Assembly: GCA_963928415.1 (NCBI GenBank)
Contig: CAWVEX010000003.1
Span: 10,632-74,631 of the forward strand
Length of the DNA: 64,000 nt
Source of the DNA: Bacillota bacterium
GTDB lineage: Bacteria > Bacillota > Clostridia > TANB77 > CAG-508
Reading direction: 5' to 3'
Shown piece after piece: positions 1 to 9,954 of this stretch. Each line of letters begins with the position of its first letter. Within the stretch, counting starts at the first letter, position 1. The notes below the pieces were generated by a model. The model was not told the DNA's origin, did no database searches, and saw only the letters and a program-made list of their open reading frames with translations. A program made the translations under genes and the position numbers.

Positions 1-460
1 AAATAAAAATTGTTAAAAGTGATAAAACATAAGTTAAAAATGTATTTCTATCAGTTTTTAACCATTTTAAGAATTTATCAAATATTTTCATCATAAAATA
101 AAATCCTTTCTAGCTTTTACATTATTGTAAAAAAGATATTTATGAAATAATTCTCTAAAAAAGAAAATTAATATTATTTAAATATTAAAAATTAGCTTAA
201 AAAGCCTAATTACTCATATATATATTATCCTACAAAATCAAGAAAAAAACAAGACTTTTAGGCAATTTTTTTGTAATAAAAAGATTAAATAAGCATATTA
301 GTAATTTATTATTATTTTTGATATAAAAATATTTAACTTATTTATCATAAAACTAATTAGTATTAAAAATTATTTATTAATAAAATTATTCAAGTTTCAT
401 ATATTTAATTAAAGTACAAAGCTAAATAGATGTGAAGGGAGTAATTATAAAAATTATATA

Positions 461-2083
461 ATGAATAATAGAAATAGTAGAAGGAAAGAAACCTTTTTTC
501 AAAGCATAGTAGCACTTATGCTTTCTCAAGTTATTGTAAAAATATTAGGTTTAATACATAAATTGTATTTGACAAATAAACAAGGCTTTGGAGATGAAGG
601 AAATGGTGTTACTAGTGCAGCTTTTCAGGTATATTCTTTAGTATTAAGCATAACATCAATAGGTGTTCCAGCAGCTGTATCTAAATTAGTTGCACAAAGA
701 GTGGGAGTTGGTGACCATAAGGGTGCATATAAAATATTTAGAATTTCATTAGGCTTATTTTCTATAATTGGTATAATTGGAAGTTATATGCTAGTTATAA
801 GTTCAAAATATATATCTAATAATATACTAGGTATGCCTGAAGTTGAGCTATCATTAATAGCATTAGCACCATCCATATTTTTAGTATCAGTAATATCAGT
901 GTATAAAGGATATTTTAATGGTAGAGAAAATATGAGAGCCACTGCAAAAGCTCAAGCCTATGATCAAATAACAAAAACAATTGTTACTATTGTAGTAATT
1001 GAATTAGCAACAGTTGTAGCTAAAATAACCAATATATCTGTAATAGTATCAATAGCAAATTTGGCAACAACTATAGCAAATATTGTAGAATTTACATATC
1101 TATATATTTTCTTTAGAAAAGAATTAAAAGAAATAAAATATGAAATATTAACTAGTGTACATGTAAGACCAGTTAGGACACTATGGGCAATTAAAGAAAT
1201 AATAATAGTTGCCATTCCTATGGCAATTACTCCATTTATAGCTACAATAGGTAGAAATTTAGATTCAACGACTATTATGAGTGGACTTCAAACGAATATG
1301 AGTTATAATGATGCTAAAATACAATATGGAATATTAAATGGAAAAGTAGATACTCTAGTAAATTTTCCATTATCTTTTAGTGGAACAATGTCAACAGCCC
1401 TAATTCCAAGTATTGCATCTGCAAATTCTAAAAACACTTTAAATGAAGTAGAAAAGAGAATAAATACTTCCTTACTTTTAGGACTTTTAATAACACTTCC
1501 AACTGCGGGTATTTACATAGCATATGCAAATGAAATATTAAATCTACTTTTTCCTAATGCATCTAGTGGAAGTATGCTTTTGCAAATAAGTGCAATTACT
1601 ATAATCTTTTTATCAATTGAACAAACAATAAGAGGAGTACTGATTGGAATAGGGGATAACAAAATCCCTATAATTAGTGTAATTATAGATGCTTTTATAG
1701 GCTTTATATTAAATAAGATTTTAATACCATTAAATAGTATTATAGGTGGAATAAATGGAGCAGCAATAGGAAATGCAATTTCTAATTTGGTTGTTACAGT
1801 AATAGGATATTACTGGATAAAAAAGAAAATAAGCATAAAAATAAGAAAGAAAAATATATTAAAGGCAGTACTATCAACGGTAATATTCATTGTTTTTTCT
1901 AAAATAATATTTAATATATTAAAAATAGGAGTAAATGAAAAGATTAGTTTATTAGTAAGTTTAGCATTTGGCACAATAATTTATTTAGTATTAATACATT
2001 TATTTAACATTTTGAATACAAAACAATTACAAACGCTGTCATTTAGGCAAAAAAAGGTAAAAAAAGCTAAAACTATTAGCTAA
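461..2083 (+). CDS. MOP-superfamily flippase, SpoVB/MurJ-like (polysaccharide biosynthesis protein family)
   Basis: 540-aa polytopic membrane ORF. The N-terminus FFQSIVALMLSQVIVKILGLIHKLYL and overall layout are typical of SpoVB/MurJ-type flippases. The SD (GAAGGGAG) is unusually far from the ATG. Confidence 0.7.
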   Translation: MNNRNSRRKETFFQSIVALMLSQVIVKILGLIHKLYLTNKQGFGDEGNGVTSAAFQVYSLVLSITSIGVPAAVSKLVAQRVGVGDHKGAYKIFRISLGLFSIIGIIGSYMLVISSKYISNNILGMPEVELSLIALAPSIFLVSVISVYKGYFNGRENMRATAKAQAYDQITKTIVTIVVIELATVVAKITNISVIVSIANLATTIANIVEFTYLYIFFRKELKEIKYEILTSVHVRPVRTLWAIKEIIIVAIPMAITPFIATIGRNLDSTTIMSGLQTNMSYNDAKIQYGILNGKVDTLVNFPLSFSGTMSTALIPSIASANSKNTLNEVEKRINTSLLLGLLITLPTAGIYIAYANEILNLLFPNASSGSMLLQISAITIIFLSIEQTIRGVLIGIGDNKIPIISVIIDAFIGFILNKILIPLNSIIGGINGAAIGNAISNLVVTVIGYYWIKKKISIKIRKKNILKAVLSTVIFIVFSKIIFNILKIGVNEKISLLVSLAFGTIIYLVLIHLFNILNTKQLQTLSFRQKKVKKAKTIS

Positions 2084-2267
2084 AAAAATGTCTGAAAATG
2101 GCTTGAAATCAACAAAAATTAAAAAGAAACTCGCCAAACCCTACAGCCACAAAGGTTCAAAAGAAAAAAGTAGAACAAAAAAGAAGGATTTTGTCATTCC
2201 TTGAAGAATAATAGTATTAGTAGATGAAGAACAATCTACACATTCGTTCTTTATAGGAGGTAATAAA

Positions 2268-2546
2268 ATGAACAAATCTGAATTAATCGCAGCTGTAGCT
2301 GCTAAAACAGGAGAAACAAAAAAGAAAGCTGAAGAAGCTGTAGACGCATTTGTAGATGTTGTTACAGAAGCTTTATCAAAAGGAGACAAAGTACAATTAG
2401 TAGGCTTTGGTTCTTTTGAAGTAAGAAAAAGAGCAGCTAGAAAAGGAAGAAACCCACAAACTAAAGAAGAAATCAAAATACCAGCAAGCAAAGCTCCAGT
2501 TTTCAAAGCTGGAAAAGCTTTAAAAGATGTTGTTAATAAAAAATAA
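2268..2546 (+). CDS. hup: DNA-binding protein HU
   Basis: 92 aa; [11 protein letters not shown]...[24 protein letters not shown] is the canonical HU/IHF fold signature. SD AGGAGG lies 7 nt upstream. Confidence 0.95.
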   Translation: MNKSELIAAVAAKTGETKKKAEEAVDAFVDVVTEALSKGDKVQLVGFGSFEVRKRAARKGRNPQTKEEIKIPASKAPVFKAGKALKDVVNKK

Positions 2547-2587
2547 TTAAATGAGTTTTATATATTAAATATGAATTCATATAAAAA

Positions 2588-2613
2588 ATAGACTAGAAAT
2601 AGTCTATTTTTTT
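2588..2613. terminator. Bidirectional intrinsic terminator between hup and tRNA-Leu
   Basis: 8-bp stem ATAGACTA/TAGTCTAT with GAAA loop, A-run upstream and T-run downstream. Confidence 0.7.
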
Positions 2614-2666
2614 AATCGATAAAAAATTAGACAAAAAAATAGACTTATCAAGAATTGATAAATCTA

Positions 2667-2754
2667 TGGTGCAGATACCCGGAATCGAACCGGGACGGAT
2701 TATTAGTCCGCAGGATTTTAAGTCCTGTGCGTCTACCAGTTCCGCCATATCTGC
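2667..2754 (-). tRNA. tRNA-Leu (anticodon UAA)
   Basis: The reverse complement folds as a class II tRNA. Acceptor GCAGATA/TATCTGC, anticodon loop CTTAAAA, long variable arm, T-loop TTCGATT, encoded CCA. Confidence 0.9.
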
Positions 2755-2780
2755 ATAAGTTTTGTAACTGAACAATACTT

Positions 2781-2810
2781 ATTATAATATCTATATAGTA
2801 CGTTTGTCAA
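2781..2810 (-). promoter_or_regulatory. sigma-A type promoter for tRNA-Leu
   Basis: On the minus strand, TTGACA (2805-2810) then an 18-nt spacer then TATAAT (2781-2786), about 25 nt upstream of the tRNA 5' end. Confidence 0.5.
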
Positions 2811-2887
2811 GAGAAATTTAAAATTTTATAAAAAAAGTTCATCTTCTATTATTAGATGAACTCTAATTGAATTAAAATTATTGCTTT

Positions 2888-3562
2888 TTACATTACATAT
2901 AACAAAATGCAAAAAAATTGTAAAAAGCTACCTAATAAAATAAATAAGTGAAATATGGAATGTACATATTTATGTTTCTTACCAATACCATATAGTATGG
3001 AACCTATTGTATAAGATATTCCACCTGCAACTAATAATATAATGCCTGCCATATCTACAGATTTGAGTAACAAATCTAGCCTAAAGATTATACACCAACC
3101 CATTAATAAATAGCAAATCATTGAAAATACTTTAAACTTTTTTAGGTCAATTGAATTAAGGACAATTCCAATAATTGCTAAAGCCCATATTATACCAAAT
3201 ATCCACCAACCAGAAGAAGGGCTTATTTCTCTAATATTACAAAGTGCGACAGGTGTATAGCAACCTGCTATTAATAAAAATATGGTACAGTGGTCTAGTA
3301 CTTGAAATACTCTTTTTGAAAAAAGTCTAGGACTAAGTCCGTGGTAAATACTAGACATAGTATATAAAATAATTAATGAAACTCCATATATAGCTCCACT
3401 AACAACTCCATATACATTTCCATGAACAGCTGCAAAAATAATGCAAAGTACAGTTGCAACTATTCCTAAGACAGCACCTACAATATGTGATGTCATATTA
3501 AATATTTCTTCACCCTTAGTATAAGATGGAAGAATTCTATCTGCTAATTTCGTTCTCGTCAT
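2888..3562 (-). CDS. Hemolysin III / PAQR family membrane protein
   Basis: 224 aa, 7 TM. Motifs SSIYHG...VLDHCTIFLLIAGCYTP are typical of the HlyIII/YplQ family. Confidence 0.85.
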   Translation of the reverse strand: MTRTKLADRILPSYTKGEEIFNMTSHIVGAVLGIVATVLCIIFAAVHGNVYGVVSGAIYGVSLIILYTMSSIYHGLSPRLFSKRVFQVLDHCTIFLLIAGCYTPVALCNIREISPSSGWWIFGIIWALAIIGIVLNSIDLKKFKVFSMICYLLMGWCIIFRLDLLLKSVDMAGIILLVAGGISYTIGSILYGIGKKHKYVHSIFHLFILLGSFLQFFCILLYVM

Positions 3563-3595
3563 AATTTAATCCTTTCAAAAAGATTATATCCAATT

Positions 3596-4093
3596 TTAAT
3601 CAAAATAATCACTTATTTCTTGAAGATTATCAAAATTGCATTGTCTTAATATATCATAAACAACAACACAAACTGAATTTGCAAGATTTAAAGATCTTAA
3701 AGTTTTTCTCATAGGAATTCTAATGGTCTTATCTATATATTTAAGTAGCAAATCTTCTGGTAACCCCTTGGTTTCTTTACCAAATAAAACAAATACCTCA
3801 TCCATCTTTCCATAATTAGGTTCACAATATATATGCTTTCCTTTTGTTGTTGCAAAGAACATATTATGCTTTTCAGGAGGATATTTTTCTAAAAAAGCAT
3901 TTAAAGAAGAATGTTCTTCTATATCTAATTTATCCCAATAGTCTAAACCTGCTCTTTTAACAGCTTTTTCAGAAATACTAAATCCTAATGGATATACTAG
4001 GTGCAATTTAGCACCAATTGCTGCACAAGTTCTTGCAATATTACCTGTATTTTGAGGTATTTCTGGTTCAACTAAAACTACATTTAACTTCAT
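3596..4093 (-). CDS. trmL: tRNA (cytidine/uridine-34 2'-O)-methyltransferase TrmL (SpoU family)
   Basis: 165 aa; VVLVEPEIPQNTGNIARTCAA...RAGLDYW matches the TrmL/YibK N-terminus and the SPOUT knot region. Confidence 0.85.
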   Translation of the reverse strand: MKLNVVLVEPEIPQNTGNIARTCAAIGAKLHLVYPLGFSISEKAVKRAGLDYWDKLDIEEHSSLNAFLEKYPPEKHNMFFATTKGKHIYCEPNYGKMDEVFVLFGKETKGLPEDLLLKYIDKTIRIPMRKTLRSLNLANSVCVVVYDILRQCNFDNLQEISDYFD

Positions 4094-4195
4094 AATTAAA
4101 ATCCTTTCTACGGTATTTTACAAAATCAATACTTATTTTGCAATAATAGTAGTATATAAATATTAAATATATATAAAATTAATGCAAATAATAAA

Positions 4196-4217
4196 AGCCA
4201 AGAGTAAAACCTTGGCT
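4196..4217. terminator. Intrinsic terminator downstream of the XRE gene (usable on both strands)
   Basis: Stem AGCCAAG/CTTGGCT with an 8-nt loop, flanked by an A-run and a T/A-run. Confidence 0.6.
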
Positions 4218-4239
4218 TAAAAACAATGTTCATAAAGAA

Positions 4240-4506
4240 CTAATCAGCTTTAACTACCTGTGTATCTTCAGCTTCAACATCCTTAAATAGTGGATCTTTG
4301 AAAAAATCTACTAAAGTCATATGAGATCCTTCACAAAGATGTAATAATGTTGTTAATGTAAGGCTTGTACTTTTACCATTCATAAAACTACTTAATGTAG
4401 AGTATGGAACTCCAGAACTTAATGCTAGTTTATGAAGAGATACACCATTTTCAGAAGCAATATTTATTATTCTTTGTCTAACTGCTGTACAAAGTAACAT
4501 ATCCAA
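4240..4506 (-). CDS. XRE-family helix-turn-helix transcriptional regulator
   Basis: 88 aa; RIINIASENGVSLHKLALSSGVPYSTLSSFMNG is a Cro/C1-type HTH. Divergent from the TPR gene. Confidence 0.7.
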   Translation of the reverse strand: MDMLLCTAVRQRIINIASENGVSLHKLALSSGVPYSTLSSFMNGKSTSLTLTTLLHLCEGSHMTLVDFFKDPLFKDVEAEDTQVVKAD

Positions 4507-4695
4507 TCTCTCCTTTCACTAAAAGTATAACAGAAATTACGAAAAAATGATGGCGATAATACGACAAAATAAGCATTTTTATAAAATTTTACAAAAATAC
4601 TATAATTTTAAAAGTTACAAGCATCTAATAATTAAAGTATTGTTTAATTAAAAAAAGTGTGATATACTCACCAAAAAGAAAAAGGAAGGAAAGCA

Positions 4696-5871
4696 ATGGT
4701 TAATATTATCATTTTTAGTATAATATCTTTATCCATTTTTATATATACTGTAATTAAGCTAATAAAAGAAAATGATTCTAATTTTCTTATATCTTTAATA
4801 GCTGAATTTATTGGAATAATAATTAATTTTATTTGTATATTTTTTACAATAGAGCCAAGCATAACTTTATTAATTATAATGTACTTGTTTAGTGTAATAG
4901 TTCCTTTTATAATTTTTATATTAGAAAAAAAAGAAATAAATCTAATAGAAATTATAAATATAGTAAATGCTAATTATCTTGAAAAGAAAAATCAATATGA
5001 TTTAGCAAAAAAGATGCTAATAAAAAATGTAAACAAATTTCCTAATAATTATTTAAGCCATTTAAAGTTAGCAAAATGGTACGAAAAAAATGGAGAATTA
5101 GAAAAGGCGGAAGATGAATATTTAAAAGTTATAGAATTAAAACCAAGTAAATATGAGAATTATTATAAATTGGCATTAATATATAATAAAGATAAAAAAA
5201 ATCAACAAGCAATAGAAATATTAAAAGAAGTTTTAAAAAGAAAAGCAGATTATTTAGATGCAAGTATATGCTTAGGAAGCATTCTTTACGAAGCAGATAT
5301 GTTTAAAGAATCAATAATTGTTTTCCAGGATGCTTTAAAATTTCATCCTGGAGAATATAAATTGTATTATTATATGGGAATGACATATACAAGATTAAAT
5401 GATTTTCCAAATGCAAAAGAATACTACAAAAAGGCAGCTACTATAAATTCAACACTTAATGCTGCTAAACTTAATTTAGGACAAATTTCTTTAATATTTA
5501 AAGATTATGATGAAGCAGAAAAATATTTTATGGAATGTATAGAAAATGACGATGAAGAAATTCAGGCAGAAGCATATTATTATTTAGCTAAAATAAAACT
5601 TATAAATAATGATAGTAATCTTGCTATACATTATGCAAATATTGCATTAGAATTAGATCCAAATCTTATAGAAAAAATGAAAAAGGATATGTACTTTGCT
5701 ACAATTTTAGGAAAGTTAAAACCAAAAGGGGTATATCAAGCAAAAACAAAGCTTAAAGTTAAAGAAAAAAATATAATAAATTATTTAGATAAAACATTTT
5801 CAGTAGTTCAGACATTAACATCAGATAAAGAAATAAAGGAAAAGAATATTATTGAAAAAGAAAGAGAATAA
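4696..5871 (+). CDS. Membrane-anchored tetratricopeptide (TPR) repeat protein
   Basis: 391 aa with three N-terminal TM helices, then repeated A..Y...L...P......L....Y TPR-like units (e.g. AEDEYLKVIELKPSKYENYYKLALIY). Confidence 0.7.
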   Translation: MVNIIIFSIISLSIFIYTVIKLIKENDSNFLISLIAEFIGIIINFICIFFTIEPSITLLIIMYLFSVIVPFIIFILEKKEINLIEIINIVNANYLEKKNQYDLAKKMLIKNVNKFPNNYLSHLKLAKWYEKNGELEKAEDEYLKVIELKPSKYENYYKLALIYNKDKKNQQAIEILKEVLKRKADYLDASICLGSILYEADMFKESIIVFQDALKFHPGEYKLYYYMGMTYTRLNDFPNAKEYYKKAATINSTLNAAKLNLGQISLIFKDYDEAEKYFMECIENDDEEIQAEAYYYLAKIKLINNDSNLAIHYANIALELDPNLIEKMKKDMYFATILGKLKPKGVYQAKTKLKVKEKNIINYLDKTFSVVQTLTSDKEIKEKNIIEKERE

Positions 5872-5986
5872 TAGTAAATAAATAAAATTGTAATTCATAT
5901 TATAAAATAAATATTTGCTACTTAAAATTTAAGATATGTACATAGAATAAATGTGCTGAGCAAATAGGAAAGGAATAGAGATTAAT

Positions 5987-6868
5987 ATGAGTTACAATTT
6001 TTTAATTATAGGTGGAGACGAAAGAATAAGTATACTTGCTAAAGAGCTTTTAAAAGATGGAAATAATGTATATACTTTTGCAAATGAAGTAGAGAAAATA
6101 GAGGAAATTGATAAAAAAGAAAACATAAAAAACTACAAATATGATATTGTAATTAGTTCAATGCCTCTTAGCAAAGATAGTGTAAATATATATTCTCCAT
6201 TAAGTTCAAAAAAAATTACTTTAAATGAGTTAAAAGATATATCAAGAGGAAAGGTACTTATTGCAGGAAAAATTCCAAAGGAATTTTTTAAAGAATATGA
6301 CAAGTATGATAAACAAATAATAGATAAGAGTAATAATGAAAATAGCTTAATTAAATGTTATGACATATTAGAAGATGAACCAACAACTATATTAAACACA
6401 ATTCCAACTGCTGAAGGTGCAATTCAAATAGCAATGGAAGAAACTGACTATATATTAAGTAATAAAAAGGCTTTAGTATTAGGATTTGGTAAAGTTGGCA
6501 AGACTTTAGCAAATATGTTAGATAAAATAGGAATGGAAGTTTACTGTGAGGCAAGAAAAGAAACAGACTTAGCTTGGATAAAAGCATATGGATATAACCC
6601 AATTCCATTAGAGAATATGAAAAATAATTTATGTAAAATGAATATAATCTTTAATACAATCCCAATGCAAATTCTAGATAAAAGTTCATTAGTTTTATTA
6701 AATAAAAATACATTAATAATAGATTTGGCATCTTATCCAGGTGGGGTAGATTATGAAATAGCAAATAAACTAGGTATTAAGGCAATTCTAGCTTTAGCTT
6801 TACCGGGAAAAGTGGCACCAAAAACTTGCGCAGAATATTTGAAAAAATTTGTATATAAAGTAATTTAA
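5987..6868 (+). CDS. dpaA: Dipicolinate synthase subunit A (SpoVFA/DpaA)
   Basis: 293 aa; FLIIGGDERISILAKEL, NTIPTAEGAIQIAME, VLGFGKVGKTLA and DLASYPGGVDY...LPGKVAPKT parallel B. subtilis SpoVFA along the full length. Confidence 0.8.
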   Translation: MSYNFLIIGGDERISILAKELLKDGNNVYTFANEVEKIEEIDKKENIKNYKYDIVISSMPLSKDSVNIYSPLSSKKITLNELKDISRGKVLIAGKIPKEFFKEYDKYDKQIIDKSNNENSLIKCYDILEDEPTTILNTIPTAEGAIQIAMEETDYILSNKKALVLGFGKVGKTLANMLDKIGMEVYCEARKETDLAWIKAYGYNPIPLENMKNNLCKMNIIFNTIPMQILDKSSLVLLNKNTLIIDLASYPGGVDYEIANKLGIKAILALALPGKVAPKTCAEYLKKFVYKVI

Positions 6869-6933
6869 TTAATAAATCAAATAAAAATTAATATATGTTA
6901 TTTAAATAAGTATTGAATGAAAATAAAAAAATC

Positions 6934-6969
6934 AAATATTACAAATATTACAAATATTACAAATATTAC
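6934..6969. repeat. Perfect 9-bp tandem repeat AAATATTAC x4, plus a degenerate fifth unit
   Basis: Read directly: AAATATTAC at 6934, 6943, 6952 and 6961, followed by ATTTATTTTAC. Confidence 0.9.
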
Positions 6970-6996
6970 ATTTATTTTACAATACTCGACAAGTTA

Positions 6997-7024
6997 TTGA
7001 CTTTTACTAAAAAAATTATAAAAT
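6997..7024 (+). promoter_or_regulatory. Candidate sigma-A promoter of the pilus operon
   Basis: TTGACT (6997-7002), 16-nt spacer, TAAAAT (7019-7024). A near-0A box CTCGACA (6985-6991; 6/7 to TTCGACA) abuts the -35. Confidence 0.4.
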
Positions 7025-7133
7025 ATAAATAATGAAAAAGAAATAAAGACATTTATTGCATATTTATAAAAAAAATGCAAAAGATAAATAATGCATAATA
7101 AAGTACTATAAAATCAAATGAAGGAGTAAAAAG

Positions 7134-8774
7134 GTGCAAGAGAGTTTAGGAATAAGTATATCTGATAAAGTAATAAAATATGCTAAAATAACCAAAAATA
7201 ATGATCAACTTGATGTTGCATCTTTTGGCATTAAATTCTATGACAATATAGAAAGAGACATAGGGCAAATTATTCTAGAGACTAATAGCAGTAATATACC
7301 TATTTGTATAGACACACATAATGAAAAAGTTAATTATTTTAGCGTTTTCGGACTTCTTAGCAAAAATGACACAAAAAAATCAATTGCTACAGAATATGAA
7401 TCTATGTGCGCAGATAATCATATGAATTCAAATGCTTATGAAGGAAAATACTTAATTGTTAATGATGTAAATAACAAGGATAGAAATAAAGTTATTTACT
7501 TTACAGAAAGTAAAACAGATATAGAAGAAAGATTATCTTGGTTTAAAAATCAAAAGGTACATTCACTTACTCCATTACCAACATCAATATGTAATATAAT
7601 GCAAGCTCAAAAAGGTGAAAATATTTTAATTGTAAATATTGATGAGAAAACAACAGTAACAACAATATTAAATCAAAGAATATATAATATTGATATGATA
7701 CCAGCTGGAATGGGAGAAGTAATAGATAAAATAAATGAAAGAGAAAACTCTTATTCAAAAGCTTATGAGGCTTGCAAAAATACTACAATATATACGATGG
7801 AAACAACTGCAACAGATGATCCTAACAATAAGTACCTTTCATTTATAATTCCTACATTATTTAATATAGTACAAGAAGTAAAAAAAATTAAAGATCAACA
7901 TAACAAAATAGACAAAATTTATTTAACAGGTTTAGGAACAGCAATTAATAATATTGACTTATATTTCCAAGAATACTTCAATGATTCAAAATGTGAAATA
8001 CTTAAACCATATTTTGCAATAAATAATAGCAAAATAAATATTAAAGATTATATTGAAGTTAATAGTGCAATAGCACTTGCAATGGAAGGTTTAGATTATG
8101 GACTAAAGGATTTAAACTTTAGAACTAGCAATTGGAAAGAAAACTTAAATACATTATTACATTCAGATATTAAAAATTTGAAAAAGAATACAAAAAGTAG
8201 TAAAAAAACATCTTTTAGTTTTGATACTAATATGAAAGGACCACTTAAACCTACAGAAATATGGCTAGTAAGATGTTGCACAACAGTCCTTATGATAGTA
8301 GTAATATACAGTGTATGTTCAATATTATTAGGAAAACAATTAGAAGAAAAAACAGCACAAGCTCAAGGAGTAATTGATGATACAAATTCACAAATTGCAA
8401 AGCTTAATTCTAATGAAGATGATATAAACAGTAAGATATCAGATTTTCAAAGAGTTACAACAAAATTACAAAATGCAAGTTCTTCAATAGCTCTAAAGCA
8501 AGGAAGAAAAAATGAAATACCAACATTGTTGAATCAAATAGTATATACTATACCAAAAAATGTTCAACTAACTGGAATTCAAGATACAGAAAAACAATCA
8601 AATGGCGAAACAGTACAACATATATCTATAACAGCAAGATCAAAACAATATGAGCAATTAGCATATTTCAAAGCTAAATTAAGCAATAATGGATATTTGT
8701 TAAATGTTACATCAACAGAGGGAACAAAAACAGGAGAATATGTTGAAGTTACTATAGAAGGAGATTTACCCTAA
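7134..8774 (+). CDS. Type IV pilus assembly protein, PilM (actin-like ATPase fold) fused to a PilN-like TM/coiled-coil module
   Basis: 546 aa, GTG start 8 nt after AAGGAG. The N-terminal ~330 aa have a PilM-like layout. A TM helix (IWLVRCCTTVLMIVVIYSVCSILLG) is followed by a coiled coil and a PilN-like C-terminal (IPTLLNQIVYTIPKNVQLTGI...YFKAKLSNNGYLLNV). Confidence 0.7.
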   Translation: MQESLGISISDKVIKYAKITKNNDQLDVASFGIKFYDNIERDIGQIILETNSSNIPICIDTHNEKVNYFSVFGLLSKNDTKKSIATEYESMCADNHMNSNAYEGKYLIVNDVNNKDRNKVIYFTESKTDIEERLSWFKNQKVHSLTPLPTSICNIMQAQKGENILIVNIDEKTTVTTILNQRIYNIDMIPAGMGEVIDKINERENSYSKAYEACKNTTIYTMETTATDDPNNKYLSFIIPTLFNIVQEVKKIKDQHNKIDKIYLTGLGTAINNIDLYFQEYFNDSKCEILKPYFAINNSKINIKDYIEVNSAIALAMEGLDYGLKDLNFRTSNWKENLNTLLHSDIKNLKKNTKSSKKTSFSFDTNMKGPLKPTEIWLVRCCTTVLMIVVIYSVCSILLGKQLEEKTAQAQGVIDDTNSQIAKLNSNEDDINSKISDFQRVTTKLQNASSSIALKQGRKNEIPTLLNQIVYTIPKNVQLTGIQDTEKQSNGETVQHISITARSKQYEQLAYFKAKLSNNGYLLNVTSTEGTKTGEYVEVTIEGDLP

Positions 8775-8793
8775 ATTTTAAAGGAGATATGCA

Positions 8794-9444
8794 ATGAGAA
8801 GATTACTAATATCAATTTTATTAATTTTATTAATAGTCATAACAGTACTATGCATAAAAAATGGTATAAACATTGGACCATTGCATGTACTTGGAGTAAC
8901 ACAAATACAAGATGCCAATGCAAATCTTACTAGAAAAATTGCAGAAGCTAAAACTACAAATGATAATTATGCTAAAGAATTAACCAAAGTCAAAAATTCA
9001 ATATCAGACTTAGGAGATGCAAGAGCTGAATATTTACAAACAATTAATGTAAGCACTGAAAGTGAAATACGAGAGGCAACACAAACAAAGAATTATACGA
9101 TTGAATATTTGTGGAGTCAAGTAGGTAACCATGCTACTAAAGAGGGCGTAAATATTAAGATGGATGTCGTATCTGGTGTAGATGAAAATACAAGAAATTT
9201 GAATTTTACGGTTTCGGGAAACTATTTAGCAATAACAAATTTCATTACATCACTTGAAAATGACTCAGCATTACAATTTACAATAGACAGCTTTTCTATG
9301 ACACAAAATCAATGTACATTCATTGTAAGAGATGTATTTATAGATAAAGGAAGTACATCGGCAAAAACTACTACAACTAACATAGCAAATAATAAAAATG
9401 GACAAGATGATGCAAATGAAAATACTACTACAGATAATAATTAA
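8794..9444 (+). CDS. PilO-like pilus assembly protein (N-terminal TM, coiled coil, ferredoxin-like C-terminal)
   Basis: 216 aa; the architecture and the position after PilM/N fit PilO. The C-terminal motif is LNFTVSGNYLAITNFITSLEN. The tail is low-complexity and T/N-rich. Confidence 0.55.
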   Translation: MRRLLISILLILLIVITVLCIKNGINIGPLHVLGVTQIQDANANLTRKIAEAKTTNDNYAKELTKVKNSISDLGDARAEYLQTINVSTESEIREATQTKNYTIEYLWSQVGNHATKEGVNIKMDVVSGVDENTRNLNFTVSGNYLAITNFITSLENDSALQFTIDSFSMTQNQCTFIVRDVFIDKGSTSAKTTTTNIANNKNGQDDANENTTTDNN

Positions 9445-9479
9445 GAAGAAAGCACATAATAAAAATAAAGGAGTTAATT

Positions 9480-9887
9480 ATGGCAAAAACAATATTTAAA
9501 GAAGTACTAATTATATTATTAGTATGTGTTGCTATAATATTATTAATGGCAGTAATATTTTATAATTATATTCCAACAAATAAGGTAATACCTGCAAAGG
9601 TAACAGCTTATAAATTACCTCAAAATGTTGAAGATATTATAAATGAAACAACAGTTGATAGTTTAAATATGACTACTGTCAATTATACAATAGATAATTC
9701 AGACTTAAATAGATATGAAGAAGCAAAAAGCTATAATCCTGGCAAAGCAGATCCATTTTCTGAATATACAGAAAATGCTCCTGCAGTTACAAATGATACC
9801 AATTCAGGTACATCAAATGAGCCAGTTGATGAAAATGTAACTGATAATTACTACAATTCACAAAATGTAGGAACATCAGGAAAATAA
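9480..9887 (+). CDS. Hypothetical single-pass membrane protein within the pilus locus
   Basis: 135 aa, good SD (AAAGGAG), one N-terminal TM, no KG cleavage motif. Confidence 0.55.
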   Translation: MAKTIFKEVLIILLVCVAIILLMAVIFYNYIPTNKVIPAKVTAYKLPQNVEDIINETTVDSLNMTTVNYTIDNSDLNRYEEAKSYNPGKADPFSEYTENAPAVTNDTNSGTSNEPVDENVTDNYYNSQNVGTSGK

Positions 9888-9954
9888 TTTAATTTTAGGT
9901 AATATTTATTATTATATAAATATATACAAAATTTTACTAAGGAGGGAATTTTAA

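Noticed and set aside
2141-2506. 121-aa minus-strand ORF
   Set aside because: It is antisense to the hup gene, and HU homology on the + strand is unambiguous.
2593-2775. 60-aa minus-strand ORF
   Set aside because: It is an artefact of reading through tRNA-Leu.
6934-6969. Possible CRISPR array
   Set aside because: The units are only 9 bp and directly abutting with no spacers, so this is a simple tandem repeat. No CRISPR-like repeat-spacer structure was seen anywhere in the window.
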